From Candidatus Bathyarchaeia archaeon (GTDB lineage Archaea > Thermoproteota > Bathyarchaeia > 40CM-2-53-6), in the NCBI GenBank assembly GCA_049513715.1, contig JBEKVV010000001.1:64001-128000 (forward strand): 64,000 nt of DNA, written 5' to 3'. The position numbers were made by a program, and so were the translations under genes. Positions 30,666-40,283 of the stretch are shown here, one piece after another (positions within the stretch are counted from its first letter, which is position 1; each line of letters starts with the position of its first letter). The notes below the pieces were generated by a model. It did no database searches, was not told the DNA's origin, and saw only the letters and a list, made by a program, of their open reading frames with translations.

Positions 30666-30756
30666 GAGTGCGGGGTAGATTGATTGATGCGAGGTGTGAG
30701 ACGCGACGGACTTGCCGAAGTGGCGGCCGTAGGGTCTCACCCCCGTGCAAAAATAT

Positions 30757-30774
30757 GCGGGGGTTGCCAAACCT
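30757..30774 (+). repeat. attL: 18-bp direct repeat (tRNA-Leu nt 1-14 + first 4 nt of intron 1)
   Basis: GCGGGGGTTGCCAAACCT identical to 60615-60632; lies 60 bp upstream of the integrase. Confidence 0.9.
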
Positions 30775-30833
30775 GAGCCCAAAAATGGACGGGGGTAAAC
30801 CATTTATCAGCCACTCGTCCTTCTGGTTGGTTC

Positions 30834-32330
30834 ATGGTTCATGAAGGGTGGATCAAGAAGCAGTGCGTCCAGTGGTGGCTGAACGAGAATCCCAGCGTTA
30901 AGAGGTGGCTGACCGAGGTGGTCACGAAGCCCAACACCCAGTACGATTACGGCTACAATCTGATGCGTTTCTGCGAGGGCGTGGGCGAGACGCCAGAGCA
31001 TCTGAGAGGCATTCGCCTAAGCAAGGACAGCGCTGTTCTTGCCGAATTCCGCAAAAAGCATGAGATACCAACGCAGGCCCGCGCCGACGAGGACGGGTCG
31101 TACGTAGTCCTAGACCTGCTGAAGAAGTTCGTCCGCAGCGGAAAGCTCGTTGACTTGTCTCCGCACAACCTCGGAGCGGAGATCAGTGTCGCCGCGTTGA
31201 GCAAGGCGAAACGGAGCGGCCTCCACAACGCTGTGAGGGCGTACTTCAAGTCCGAGATCGTCCGAGCGGCCCTTCCAGACGAGGCTTTCAAGATTGATGA
31301 GGGAAGCCGCGTCCGCCGGAGCAGGGACTTCAGCATGGAGGGCAGCGAGGGCATCGAGCAGGCGAAGAGGATTGTCCTCGCCACTAAGGAGCCCTACAGG
31401 ACGCTGTACTGGGCGGCATTGTACGGCTGCATGGGGAACGCCGAACTGTGCGCCCTGAACGAGGAGTGGCCGCAAATCCGCGAGCAACTGCAGAGCGGGA
31501 AAGACCCTGTTCGAGTTAGCTTCGAGTACCGCAAGGAGAACGAGCTTCCCTACTACACATTCGTTCCGGCACGAATCCTCCGGCCCTACATGCCGCACGG
31601 CGAGAACCCGTTCATCAACGCGAGCAGGAAGAAGGACGGCGTTGTGGTCGGGGGGAATCCGGTCAACGACGGGAACCTGATAAAGAAGTGGCGCGACGGG
31701 AGGACGCGGGCGAAGGTCGATCTGGCCGTTGGAGTCCACAACATCCGCGACCTGTGGCGGACGTACGCCGTCAAGGCGGGTCTCGAGTCCTCCACGGCAG
31801 AGTTCCTGATGGGCCACTCGCTCAATACGATTGACCCGAACCGCTACAACCAGATCTACCGTGACATCGCGTACACGAGGGGGCAGTGGGAGAAGATGAG
31901 GAAGCTCATCGACGGAGAAAGCCAAGAGTGGAGGAAGGATGTCGATGAGCTGAAGCAGAGGCTCGACAAGACCGAATACGAAAGAAAGGACGATCAGCGG
32001 CAGGCCAACAGGCAGTTCCTCATAGCCCTACAGTTCTCCCCGAAGGCGATCAAGAGGATAGCGGAGCAGCACAACGGTGATCTGGCGAACCTGACGAGGG
32101 ATGAGAAGCGGAAGTTTGCGGAGCAGGCCAAGATGAGGCTGGGGCAGTCAAGGCCAGCGGGGAAAGAGAGCAAGCCCCCCGCCCGGCTGAGAGTGACGAA
32201 GGAGGAGGCAGAGCTTCTTCAGGAGCAGGGATGGGAGAAGATAGAGGTCTTCGAGAGCGGGAGGGTTCTGCTCGAGTGGCGGTACTCTACCCCTCCTCCA
32301 AAGCGGCAGTTACTAGCTCCCAGTAAATGA
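30834..32330 (+). CDS. Tyrosine recombinase/integrase
   Basis: HNIR (HxxR), FLMGH, downstream Tyr (NRYNQIY); adjacent to attL. Confidence 0.88.
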   Translation: MVHEGWIKKQCVQWWLNENPSVKRWLTEVVTKPNTQYDYGYNLMRFCEGVGETPEHLRGIRLSKDSAVLAEFRKKHEIPTQARADEDGSYVVLDLLKKFVRSGKLVDLSPHNLGAEISVAALSKAKRSGLHNAVRAYFKSEIVRAALPDEAFKIDEGSRVRRSRDFSMEGSEGIEQAKRIVLATKEPYRTLYWAALYGCMGNAELCALNEEWPQIREQLQSGKDPVRVSFEYRKENELPYYTFVPARILRPYMPHGENPFINASRKKDGVVVGGNPVNDGNLIKKWRDGRTRAKVDLAVGVHNIRDLWRTYAVKAGLESSTAEFLMGHSLNTIDPNRYNQIYRDIAYTRGQWEKMRKLIDGESQEWRKDVDELKQRLDKTEYERKDDQRQANRQFLIALQFSPKAIKRIAEQHNGDLANLTRDEKRKFAEQAKMRLGQSRPAGKESKPPARLRVTKEEAELLQEQGWEKIEVFESGRVLLEWRYSTPPPKRQLLAPSK

Positions 32331-32478
32331 GAAGTTTTTCGATGGTCGCGGATGTCAGCGGCAGCTCGTCCGGCGTGTCCGCTATCTCTTTGAGGATTGC
32401 CGGGTGGTTCTGCAGTTTTTCTCTCACTAGGCGCTTGATCTCCACCATGCTCACCACGCCTTCCCCCCAGCCGGACAA
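32287..32478 (-). CDS. Small hypothetical protein
   Basis: ORF follows 32492-32752 on the same strand. Confidence 0.4.
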   Translation of the reverse strand: MSGWGEGVVSMVEIKRLVREKLQNHPAILKEIADTPDELPLTSATIEKLLIYWELVTAALEEG

Positions 32479-32491
32479 CTCCGCGTCCCCC

Positions 32492-32752
32492 TCAGTCGGA
32501 CGGCTTTCCTTTGAACGTCTTGAAGTCTGGCCGGTCGCGTGCGACTTCTTCGAAGGTCTTGATCTCCTCGAGCTTGGCGGTCAGCAAAGCCTTGACATGG
32601 GCGGGGCTCACGAGCGAGAGGTCTCCCAGCAAGGCGATTTCGTAGTCGGGATAATGCACCGCCCTCAAAAACGCCTCGGCAAACTCTCCTCGCGCTTGGG
32701 CTCGCTCGGAATCTCGCGCTTCAGACATGATATACCACCACCCTATGTCCAT
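32492..32752 (-). CDS. Small hypothetical protein
   Basis: ORF only. Confidence 0.45.
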   Translation of the reverse strand: MDIGWWYIMSEARDSERAQARGEFAEAFLRAVHYPDYEIALLGDLSLVSPAHVKALLTAKLEEIKTFEEVARDRPDFKTFKGKPSD

Positions 32753-32882
32753 TGAGCCCTTTTTCTCATTTTCTCTCTGCCTCCAGTGTTTTATGAAGTA
32801 GTTTACATATACTGCAGATTCAAATCATGATTTTTCTTGGGCTGGCCTTTTTAAACGCCATGAACAGGCTGAACGATGTCCC

Positions 32883-33104
32883 TTGACTGCTAGAGGAAAG
32901 TTAGAGCATGAAGTGATGTTCAAGCGGCACCTGCTGGCGTCGGGCCCCGTCAGCAAGGTGGTCGCGGTTCCGCCGAAATTTCTCCGAGAGCTGGGGCTTA
33001 AGGAGGGTGACCCAGTCTTGTGGAATTGGCCAATGCATTCGAAATCCATTCGACTGGTCGCTCCAAGGAAGGAGGATCCAAAGCGTGGCACCGCCAAGTC
33101 CTAA
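32883..33104 (+). CDS. AbrB/MazE/SpoVT-family DNA-binding protein
   Basis: VVAVPPKFLRELGLKEGDPV motif. Confidence 0.8.
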   Translation: MTARGKLEHEVMFKRHLLASGPVSKVVAVPPKFLRELGLKEGDPVLWNWPMHSKSIRLVAPRKEDPKRGTAKS

Positions 33105-33855
33105 ACCCGCCTGGGTTACTGGGCGAGTCAGTAAGATAACGAGCGAACACAAAGCGGAGAAACTTCGAGTCCTGGCCTACGTTGACGGCGGGAAGGTGCC
33201 TATCGCTTTCGACTCCTACCCGAAGGGGCTAGCGACGCAATGCGAACTTTCCGTATTCGTCGTCAACCACGGAAATTTCTGCTACCCTCTGAACGATTCT
33301 CCCGTTACCATTACTCCAACTGGCCAAATCAGACTGGCGAATGCTCCTCTACCGCGAATGGCGTGTAGGGTTAGCGACGTCAGCATCGACGGGGCCGTCC
33401 TTCGTCTTCGAGTCTTGGAGCTTAACAAGCCCGTGTCCGTAATTGGCTACGTGGGCAGGGTTCCGCGTGAGGGTGAACATGTCTCTTTCGATCTGAGCCG
33501 GGAGGACACAAATGAGTTCGTCGTGGTGAATTTCCGCAGGGAGGCTTACATGGTTCCTAACAGGTTTGGCTCCGGGGTGAAGGATGAAGTGAAGCACATC
33601 TTCACGACCGCAATCTTCGCTCAGCCCGGCCATGAAGGCGTAGTCGGCGACTGCGATGGCGAACTCAAAGCATCACTGGGACTCAATGACCATGGAGGAG
33701 CAGGCGGGCCAATTCGTGAGTTAGAAAAAGCCGGCTTCATCGAGCCGGTGTTGGGGAGTGACGGCCAGCAGAAGAGGCGATTGCCGCCACCAGATATTGC
33801 ACGAAGAAACCACAACCGTTCGCAACCAGTTTGGCGTGTTTTGAAGATCTGGTAG
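33085..33855 (+). CDS. Hypothetical protein, possible OB-like domains + C-terminal wHTH
   Basis: Beta-rich segments; IRELEKAGFIE...QPVWRV; GTG after GGAGG. Confidence 0.55.
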   Translation: MAPPSPKPAWVTGRVSKITSEHKAEKLRVLAYVDGGKVPIAFDSYPKGLATQCELSVFVVNHGNFCYPLNDSPVTITPTGQIRLANAPLPRMACRVSDVSIDGAVLRLRVLELNKPVSVIGYVGRVPREGEHVSFDLSREDTNEFVVVNFRREAYMVPNRFGSGVKDEVKHIFTTAIFAQPGHEGVVGDCDGELKASLGLNDHGGAGGPIRELEKAGFIEPVLGSDGQQKRRLPPPDIARRNHNRSQPVWRVLKIW

Positions 33856-34066
33856 GCATTGAAAACTCCGACATAAGGATTGACGAGAGTCACGCCCTAC
33901 GCTCCCGGGGTAGTCGTTTATGGATACCTTACGAAGTTCAACATCACACGCATAGATTCTTTGCTGTTTCCCCGTTGTTGGCCTATTTTGGAACGGAACT
34001 TTGTCCACAACTTTACTCTTGATCATGCTATTTTTGTCTGCTTTAATACGGTACAAAGTTATGAAA

Positions 34067-36181
34067 CTAGTCGCTTTGACCCTCGGTAGCGGATGTATCA
34101 CTTGTATCAGATACGTACGAATCCATTGCGGGTGATACTGTACCTGATACATCCGATTTATCTGATTCAGGTCGAAAATCGTATTCTGCCTTCAAACGGT
34201 CTAGAAGTTTGCGGTTCACCTTCCAGTGGCGTTTCGTCGTTCTCTTACTGGTTTTCGGGTCTATGGTTGGAACCTGTACCTTCTCGAACCTTAGCCGCGA
34301 TAGAACCCTGCCTATTGCGATCGGAGATATGTTCTGGTCGGATAGTTCCTCTCTTACCTGTTCTGTTGAGACCGATTTGTCGCCTGCCGGCAATTTGGCA
34401 ACGGCATCAGAGTAAGCCGCCAAGACCTTATACTCTATTGTTTCCTCGATTCTCTCGCGGCGCGTCGCCTCTTCTTGCTCAAGAATACTTTCAAGGATCG
34501 GTCGGTATTTGTCGGGGGTTATTGCGATCAACGGTTCTAGAACGTCCGCAAGGCGCGGGTCATGCGTTACAACCTCGCTTGTCAAAGGTTGATGCCTTGA
34601 CAGGCAATCAATTCTATATTGAACGAGCTTGGCGCGTATCTCCTCAGCTTCCTCTTTCGTCAGCCGAGGATATCTCTTAGGAGATTTCGGCAAGATAATT
34701 TGGATACTGCGATCAGCAATGGTTTCGAAGATCTCTTTTCTGGACGCAATGACTTTGTAGCCAAAAGCATCCAAGAACATCGGCTCGTTATCTTCATTGC
34801 ATAGTAGTGCTGGAGACCCGCGTTGAACTCCGGCATTGAGACAAGCCATCAACTCCTTGTCTCCGCCGAACTTGTCCTCGGGGTTGATGTATGCTTCAGC
34901 TTCATCTAAGATGAGTGTGGCGTTGCTGTCATTAATAGCGCGTAGTATCGCGGCTCTTGTCGCAATACTCGCAAGTATTGGCCGGCGAGTCATCTGTCGG
35001 ATTATGTCGCAGAGCCAAGTCTTCGCGTGACCTTTGGGTGCCGTGACATAAAGGATAGTGGCGAAATTCGTGTCCTCGATTCGCCACGTCGCCATCACCC
35101 ATGCCGTCAGAATGTTGTAATGCTCGGGTTTCCATAACAAGACGTGACGTTTGAATGCGCTAAGGATGAACTCGTAGAGTTCAAGTTCTGTCCCATAGGG
35201 CTGTGGCGGGGGAACAGGTGCATAGATTGCCGCGACTTGGTCGGCAAAGACTTCGTCTTTCTTCTTTGTCTCTGATGGTTTTGCAAGGAGCCCAAGCTCA
35301 TAGGCTCGTTGAAACGTTTGGAATCCTTTGTCTTTGTTCTTGCCTTTGAGAGCGCCGGGGAGGGCTTCACTGCAGTCGATTATACCCTCTCGAACAGCCA
35401 ACCAAAGTAGCGGGCCTCCGCCCGTGTCGCATCTAAAACAGTACCAACAATTCTTGGCAGTATTGACGCTGAAATTATTTCCGGTAGTGCTATCGTGGAT
35501 CGGGTGCGAGCCCTGATATTGGTCGCCTCCCTTTGGTGTTAAGGCGTTTATGTCAACGACTGATTCTATTCGAAGTTCCCGATTTTTGGGGAACAGTTGT
35601 TTCTCGTGCGTTGCCTCTGTTTCAACTTGACTCTCTTTCTTGATGATCCATGGCTCCAATACTTGGAACAGTTCGACCGCAGATATGCTGGCGATCGGCG
35701 TGTCTCTCACGACTGTGTATCGTCCGCCATTCGGATGGATAGAATTGGGGCCGACGACGTAGCTTCGCTCGCCTTTGATGTGTCCTACGTTCGACTTACT
35801 TTTCTTGTCTCTGAGTTGTTTGATGCCTCCGTAGCCGAAACATAGGTAAGCGTAATGATGGCCCATGCTTCCAGGGCTTTGAACAGTTAGTGTTGGCGGA
35901 AGTTCTGCGTCGATTTTGGCAATAACTTCAGGTTCGTCGGCGTCAATCCAAATCAGGCCGGCTCCTCCTGCCACACCATAGTTACCGCCTTTCGCAAGGT
36001 GCGTCTGAAGTTCTGCGTCGTCCGCTTTCTTGAGTTTCTCCTGCCAGCCCTTTTCAATCGCACCCTTCGACCGTTCAGCTAACAGAACGAAACGTGGCCC
36101 CAGATTCTCAAGTCTTTTGATTAGGATGTCCGGAACGCTAACGAGGTCATTTTTGGTGCTGTTCAAATGGGCGTCCAGCAA
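34067..36181 (-). CDS. Primase-polymerase + zinc-binding domain + P-loop helicase-like replication protein
   Basis: GNYGV..WIDAD, GHH, YVVGPNSIHPNGGRY (Prim-Pol); HPIH..CFRC; APKGHAKT and ILDEAE. Confidence 0.85.
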   Translation of the reverse strand: MLDAHLNSTKNDLVSVPDILIKRLENLGPRFVLLAERSKGAIEKGWQEKLKKADDAELQTHLAKGGNYGVAGGAGLIWIDADEPEVIAKIDAELPPTLTVQSPGSMGHHYAYLCFGYGGIKQLRDKKSKSNVGHIKGERSYVVGPNSIHPNGGRYTVVRDTPIASISAVELFQVLEPWIIKKESQVETEATHEKQLFPKNRELRIESVVDINALTPKGGDQYQGSHPIHDSTTGNNFSVNTAKNCWYCFRCDTGGGPLLWLAVREGIIDCSEALPGALKGKNKDKGFQTFQRAYELGLLAKPSETKKKDEVFADQVAAIYAPVPPPQPYGTELELYEFILSAFKRHVLLWKPEHYNILTAWVMATWRIEDTNFATILYVTAPKGHAKTWLCDIIRQMTRRPILASIATRAAILRAINDSNATLILDEAEAYINPEDKFGGDKELMACLNAGVQRGSPALLCNEDNEPMFLDAFGYKVIASRKEIFETIADRSIQIILPKSPKRYPRLTKEEAEEIRAKLVQYRIDCLSRHQPLTSEVVTHDPRLADVLEPLIAITPDKYRPILESILEQEEATRRERIEETIEYKVLAAYSDAVAKLPAGDKSVSTEQVREELSDQNISPIAIGRVLSRLRFEKVQVPTIDPKTSKRTTKRHWKVNRKLLDRLKAEYDFRPESDKSDVSGTVSPAMDSYVSDTSDTSATEGQSD

Positions 36182-36294
36182 CCTTCACGTACTCCACAAC
36201 TCTGAGAATTGTGTCTTTCTGTATGCCCTACGGTCAGAAGCGAATGGAAGACCTGGCCGAGATGACCCTATGATACCATTTGGGGACATATCTG

Positions 36295-36969
36295 TCACTT
36301 TTCCCAAGGTTGACCGTAATGCACCGCGGCCAGAAATGCGCCTATGACGATTGAGTAAGCAGCATTTACAACGTACAGCTCCAGCATTGTTCGATTGTAC
36401 TGGAGACCCTTCACCTGTCTGAGTTCCAAATCGATGGGAATCTCTCTCCTCAAAGTTTCGATCACTTGATCTTTTGGCCCTCTGACGGAGATCTTCATTT
36501 CATGGAGAGGGATGGTGAATGTTCTGCTTAACACGTCAACGACATTCTTCAAATCATAAGACGCGTGAGTCGTGTAGGTGTAGTATTGTCTAAGGGCTCC
36601 TTCGGTGAAGCAGTTTTCGAACCATCTGAGTTGCTCCAGGCCCTCGATTTGCTTCTTCCGGGGTGCTCCATCGTATGGTGGGATGGCTATCCTAGTTGGG
36701 AGTGGAGAACGAGTCTTCCTGAGTTTGACGAAGAACTTATCGACGCCTTCTTCCAATTCGAGGTGTTGAAGTCCCTGTTCAAGTTCCTCCGCGAATCGTG
36801 GTTCCCTGCTTTGTGCAACGTATTCCACCAGGGTTCGCGGTGATCTAATGCTTTGCCTCAAGAAATCGAGGAGGTTGAAATCCAATGGATATCCGAGTAC
36901 TACATGGAACCCCGCAATACTTAAATATATCCATAGCCCGTAATGTACGTGGGGGCCCGCGAAGACCAT
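36295..36969 (-). CDS. Hypothetical protein (start uncertain)
   Basis: Long ORF upstream of primpol on the same strand. Confidence 0.5.
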   Translation of the reverse strand: MVFAGPHVHYGLWIYLSIAGFHVVLGYPLDFNLLDFLRQSIRSPRTLVEYVAQSREPRFAEELEQGLQHLELEEGVDKFFVKLRKTRSPLPTRIAIPPYDGAPRKKQIEGLEQLRWFENCFTEGALRQYYTYTTHASYDLKNVVDVLSRTFTIPLHEMKISVRGPKDQVIETLRREIPIDLELRQVKGLQYNRTMLELYVVNAAYSIVIGAFLAAVHYGQPWEK

Positions 36970-37243
36970 GGGAGACCACAATTCTAAACCAGATGACGGA
37001 GCCATCGACGAGGTCGAATCATTAAACCGGAGACTTTCGGAGATGGGGTTCGGAAGATGCCGATTCGAAGTTGACGAGGACGGTATGGTCTTCTTCATCG
37101 ATGACTCCAGCCAGGACTGCTTCACCGTGTCCACCGCATCCCGAGCCGAACAAATTCTTGAGGAACTCGGCGACTACATCTTCCATACCGAACATGAGCG
37201 ACATTGTCGAAGAGAACACTGCTCAATCTGCGGGAGGCCATAA
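36968..37243 (+). CDS. Small acidic protein with C-terminal Cys/His cluster
   Basis: HERHCRREHCSICG. Confidence 0.5.
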   Translation: MGDHNSKPDDGAIDEVESLNRRLSEMGFGRCRFEVDEDGMVFFIDDSSQDCFTVSTASRAEQILEELGDYIFHTEHERHCRREHCSICGRP

Positions 37244-37345
37244 CTTCTTGAGGGAAGGAAGGCAAGTCGGCGACCGCGATGGACGACCAACTCACAAAGA
37301 GGATGGAGAGAAAGAACCGCTTCAGTTAAGACATAAAAAATGTGA

Positions 37346-37822
37346 GTGCGGCTGGATGCTCTTTCCTGTGCCGCCTCCATCCCACTGCATAAACAAACAT
37401 TGCCGAAACTATCGGTCTCCTCAACTCGGCCTCTGGCGAGGCGACTAACCTTCTCACAGCCCTATGTCCAGGCAAGCCAAGCGAAGCGTGAGGGTCGATG
37501 GCCTCAGAGCTTCAATCGGGTCGTTCGAATCGAGGACTCTACTGGGCTCGTCTGGCAGTCAAGCAGAGTGATTCACGACCGGGTTCTCCTGGCGTCAAGC
37601 ACCATCGGAAAGAAGGCTAACATCGAGGGGCATAAGGGTTACGAGGCAAAATTCACCGACAGATTGACCGGGGAAGTGTGCGTGGAAGTATTCTTCGACG
37701 CGAACGCGGCCTGCTTGTGGTGCTATGACTGCGAGCTTGCCGCGCTCAAAAGATCCCAGAAGTCCGCTCTGACTCAGCCCCCTTTCCACACGATGCACTT
37801 CGGCATCGGAAGAAGACGCTGA
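37346..37822 (+). CDS. Hypothetical protein (start uncertain)
   Basis: ORF within a run of small + strand genes. Confidence 0.35.
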   Translation: MRLDALSCAASIPLHKQTLPKLSVSSTRPLARRLTFSQPYVQASQAKREGRWPQSFNRVVRIEDSTGLVWQSSRVIHDRVLLASSTIGKKANIEGHKGYEAKFTDRLTGEVCVEVFFDANAACLWCYDCELAALKRSQKSALTQPPFHTMHFGIGRRR

Positions 37823-37844
37823 GGAAGTGGCCTAGATAGTTGAG

Positions 37845-38216
37845 GTGGCGGGGCGTGAGTACGCGGATGGCGAAGTGATCTGGAAGGGCCTAGCATGCGA
37901 AGTGGATGAGGCTTTTGGGTACCGTCAGCCTGTGTACGCGGACATTTGTGGCTGGGATGGGGAGATTCGTGCGGTCGTTGACTCGAAATATGCAGGCAGC
38001 GTGCGCGTACAAAGGTGGAGCATGTTCGACGGTGAGTGGATTACGATGGAGTTTGGTTTAAGTTTGAACACAAGCCACCCTCCAAGTGCGGACGAAATAG
38101 TTCGGCTTGTGGTGGCAGGGCGTCTGACCGAGCTGAGAAATAAGCGGCCAAGATGGCGCCTGCGCCTGGCTTTTTCTCGTGTTGCGTTTCGACTTCTCCC
38201 TAGGAAGACCAAGTAG
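37845..38216 (+). CDS. Hypothetical protein
   Basis: ORF only. Confidence 0.45.
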   Translation: MAGREYADGEVIWKGLACEVDEAFGYRQPVYADICGWDGEIRAVVDSKYAGSVRVQRWSMFDGEWITMEFGLSLNTSHPPSADEIVRLVVAGRLTELRNKRPRWRLRLAFSRVAFRLLPRKTK

Positions 38217-38663
38217 GATCTTCGGATACTGCGCCGTTGCGGTGAATAGATTTCGGCCCGCGATCAGCGTTTGCCTCGTGCCGGCGTCGCTCACGACCAC
38301 CCCGATGTAGGAGGGCGTGTCACGGCATGGAGAAGTCTAGACGGCATTTGCTACGCTGTAGATGTGGGCGGCTGCCTGCGTTGCTTTCGCGCTCGGTAGA
38401 CCAAGGGGCCCCAGCCATGCGGTAAGAGCGGAGAGTATGACCGGCCGAGCGGCTTTGTCCAGTCGGATTTCTTTCCAAGGTCGCCGACCTTTGAGAACTC
38501 CGATGTAGGGTATGGGTTCCGCTTCGTAAGTCCACGCGGCCACCGAATATCCTTTTGTTACGCGGAGTCGTCCGATTAAAGTTGCTTTTCGTGGCGGCAA
38601 AAGGACTAATCTCCGAGGCCGGTTGCGGTCGCGGATCCTAGAGTGGCCAACTGCGGGAGACAT
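38058..38663 (-). pseudogene. Two-repeat protein interrupted by in-frame TAG
   Basis: 38337-38663 and 38058-38300 share a frame; YSVAAWTYEAEPIPYIGV repeats as YSVANAV*TSPCRDTPSYIGV. Confidence 0.4.
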
Positions 38664-38883
38664 GATGATCCCGCTTACAAAAATGATGCCCCCTTATTGA
38701 ACCTGACTATTTTGTCATATTATCATGACATCGTCATCATGATGATGCGATTCTTTGTTTTCGCGGGATAACGCGCTTCCGAGAAAGGCTTGGCCGGGCA
38801 TCCGGATGCCTTGCGTTATTATCGGTTCGCTAGGCGAACTAACCCGTTCCTTAAATTCGCAGCGAAGGGGGAGGGTGAGAGCC

Positions 38884-39312
38884 TTGACAGGCGAACCGAC
38901 CAGGGCATTCAGCCAGAAGGCCGACCTTCTTGAGGTCTTTCGCTGGGAACCGTCGACATATTTCACCAATCTGCAGGCCGAGGTAGCGGAGGAGATAGTC
39001 CTCTTCATTCGCAATAACGGTAAGGACACAGGGCAGGAAACTTTCACCCATTGGAGAAGCGGTGATGTGTGGAGACTTGTCAGGGTTTCTCGTGCAGCTT
39101 TTCGCCAGTTTGCAGAGTCGCAGAAGTTGTGCAGCTCACGGTACGTCTGGAAAGTTATGAGAAAATTGGTTGACCTGGGTTACGTTCGAGTGTTCACTCC
39201 AAAGGGTCAGAAAGGCTACGGCCTCGTTGTCGACGTAATCAAGCGACACAAAGTATCAGCGAGCCGCTACGAGAAGTTCATGGAACCTTTGAGAAAAACG
39301 GCGAATCGCTGA
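38884..39312 (+). CDS. Winged-helix DNA-binding protein
   Basis: SSRYVWKVMRKLVDLGYVR; TTG after GAGGGTGA. Confidence 0.6.
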   Translation: MTGEPTRAFSQKADLLEVFRWEPSTYFTNLQAEVAEEIVLFIRNNGKDTGQETFTHWRSGDVWRLVRVSRAAFRQFAESQKLCSSRYVWKVMRKLVDLGYVRVFTPKGQKGYGLVVDVIKRHKVSASRYEKFMEPLRKTANR

Positions 39313-39362
39313 GAGAGTAGGCAGCAGATAATGCTCTTATGGCTTGACATCCATCAAGACCT

Positions 39363-40283
39363 ATGGAATCCGCTGCCGACTTTGCCGGCGAATTTTGGAA
39401 CCGTGATGAGGCTAGAAGAGATCAAATGCTCTACACGGCCTTTTGCCTAGTCGAGGCCGGGTTGCTGAATTATGCGTTGGGCCGATTCCTTGCCAGACGA
39501 AATGTGTACGATTGGGCCTCAACCTCACTGTACTATTCATTACTCTACTCAGCAAGACTGATCATATTCTTAGGGGTCGGCGACTTCCCACTGGGCCATT
39601 CGCACATCGGAGCTCTGTTCACAGAGTCAGAGATTAAAGACAAAGCTTGGTTTCGGGATCTCGCAAAGAAAGTTGATCCAGAATTAGGATCTCTCAATCC
39701 ACGTCAAACTTTCCAGAAAGACGTGCTTAGCTCAAGGCTTCTAAGCCGAGGCGCTACCCAGCAGAATATTGACAATGCCTTCGATTTCTTTGCGAGAAAC
39801 TTGAAGGAGGCAACGAAGCTTAGAAACGATTCAAGCTATGAATCGTTGTTGGTTGCACACGCATACAATCACAGGCGTGTCACAGAAGCTTTTGAAGATC
39901 TGTCAGCAGGTCTCCAGATGCTCTCGCTCAGAGCGAACACAATCGCAATTGGGGTGCTGACGCAGGTCGCCAAAGCGAATACAAGACTTGCCTACTTCAC
40001 TGCATTCCTTAATGACCGGAAGAATAGAGAAGGACTCTACTATTTTGAAGACCATCTCAAGCATCGATTCTCAAATGAACAAGACATCAGTGACCACGGA
40101 GAAATAATCAACGAGTGTATCGCACTTGTGGAACCGCTTAGGATGGATGGCAGGTCAGACCCTGAAAAAGCCGACTCCTTCCGGCGGAATGTCAGCCTTG
40201 AGAGTTTTGACTCGAAGAGCCGGCTCATGAACGACTTTCGAAACAGAAGCAGAAGGCTCAGAATGGTCGGCGAAGAAGCATGA
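39363..40283 (+). CDS. HEPN-like domain protein
   Basis: YDWASTSLYYSLLYSARL, GH, LRNDSSY (Rx4Y) match the HEPN/UPF0332 pattern. Confidence 0.6.
   Translation: MESAADFAGEFWNRDEARRDQMLYTAFCLVEAGLLNYALGRFLARRNVYDWASTSLYYSLLYSARLIIFLGVGDFPLGHSHIGALFTESEIKDKAWFRDLAKKVDPELGSLNPRQTFQKDVLSSRLLSRGATQQNIDNAFDFFARNLKEATKLRNDSSYESLLVAHAYNHRRVTEAFEDLSAGLQMLSLRANTIAIGVLTQVAKANTRLAYFTAFLNDRKNREGLYYFEDHLKHRFSNEQDISDHGEIINECIALVEPLRMDGRSDPEKADSFRRNVSLESFDSKSRLMNDFRNRSRRLRMVGEEA

Noticed and set aside
30757..30774. Possible split-tRNA 5' half
   Set aside because: Only 14 exon nt; a complete gene exists at 60615 and the adjacent integrase explains it as attL
31110..31925. 271-aa antisense ORF and similar long shadow ORFs (e.g. 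45149-45709, 59709-60152)
   Set aside because: Overlap well-supported genes; typical GC-rich shadow frames
38714..38750. TCAT/ATGA-rich palindromes (and TTACATATGTAA near 52093)
   Set aside because: Plausible operators between divergent genes but single, short and unassignable
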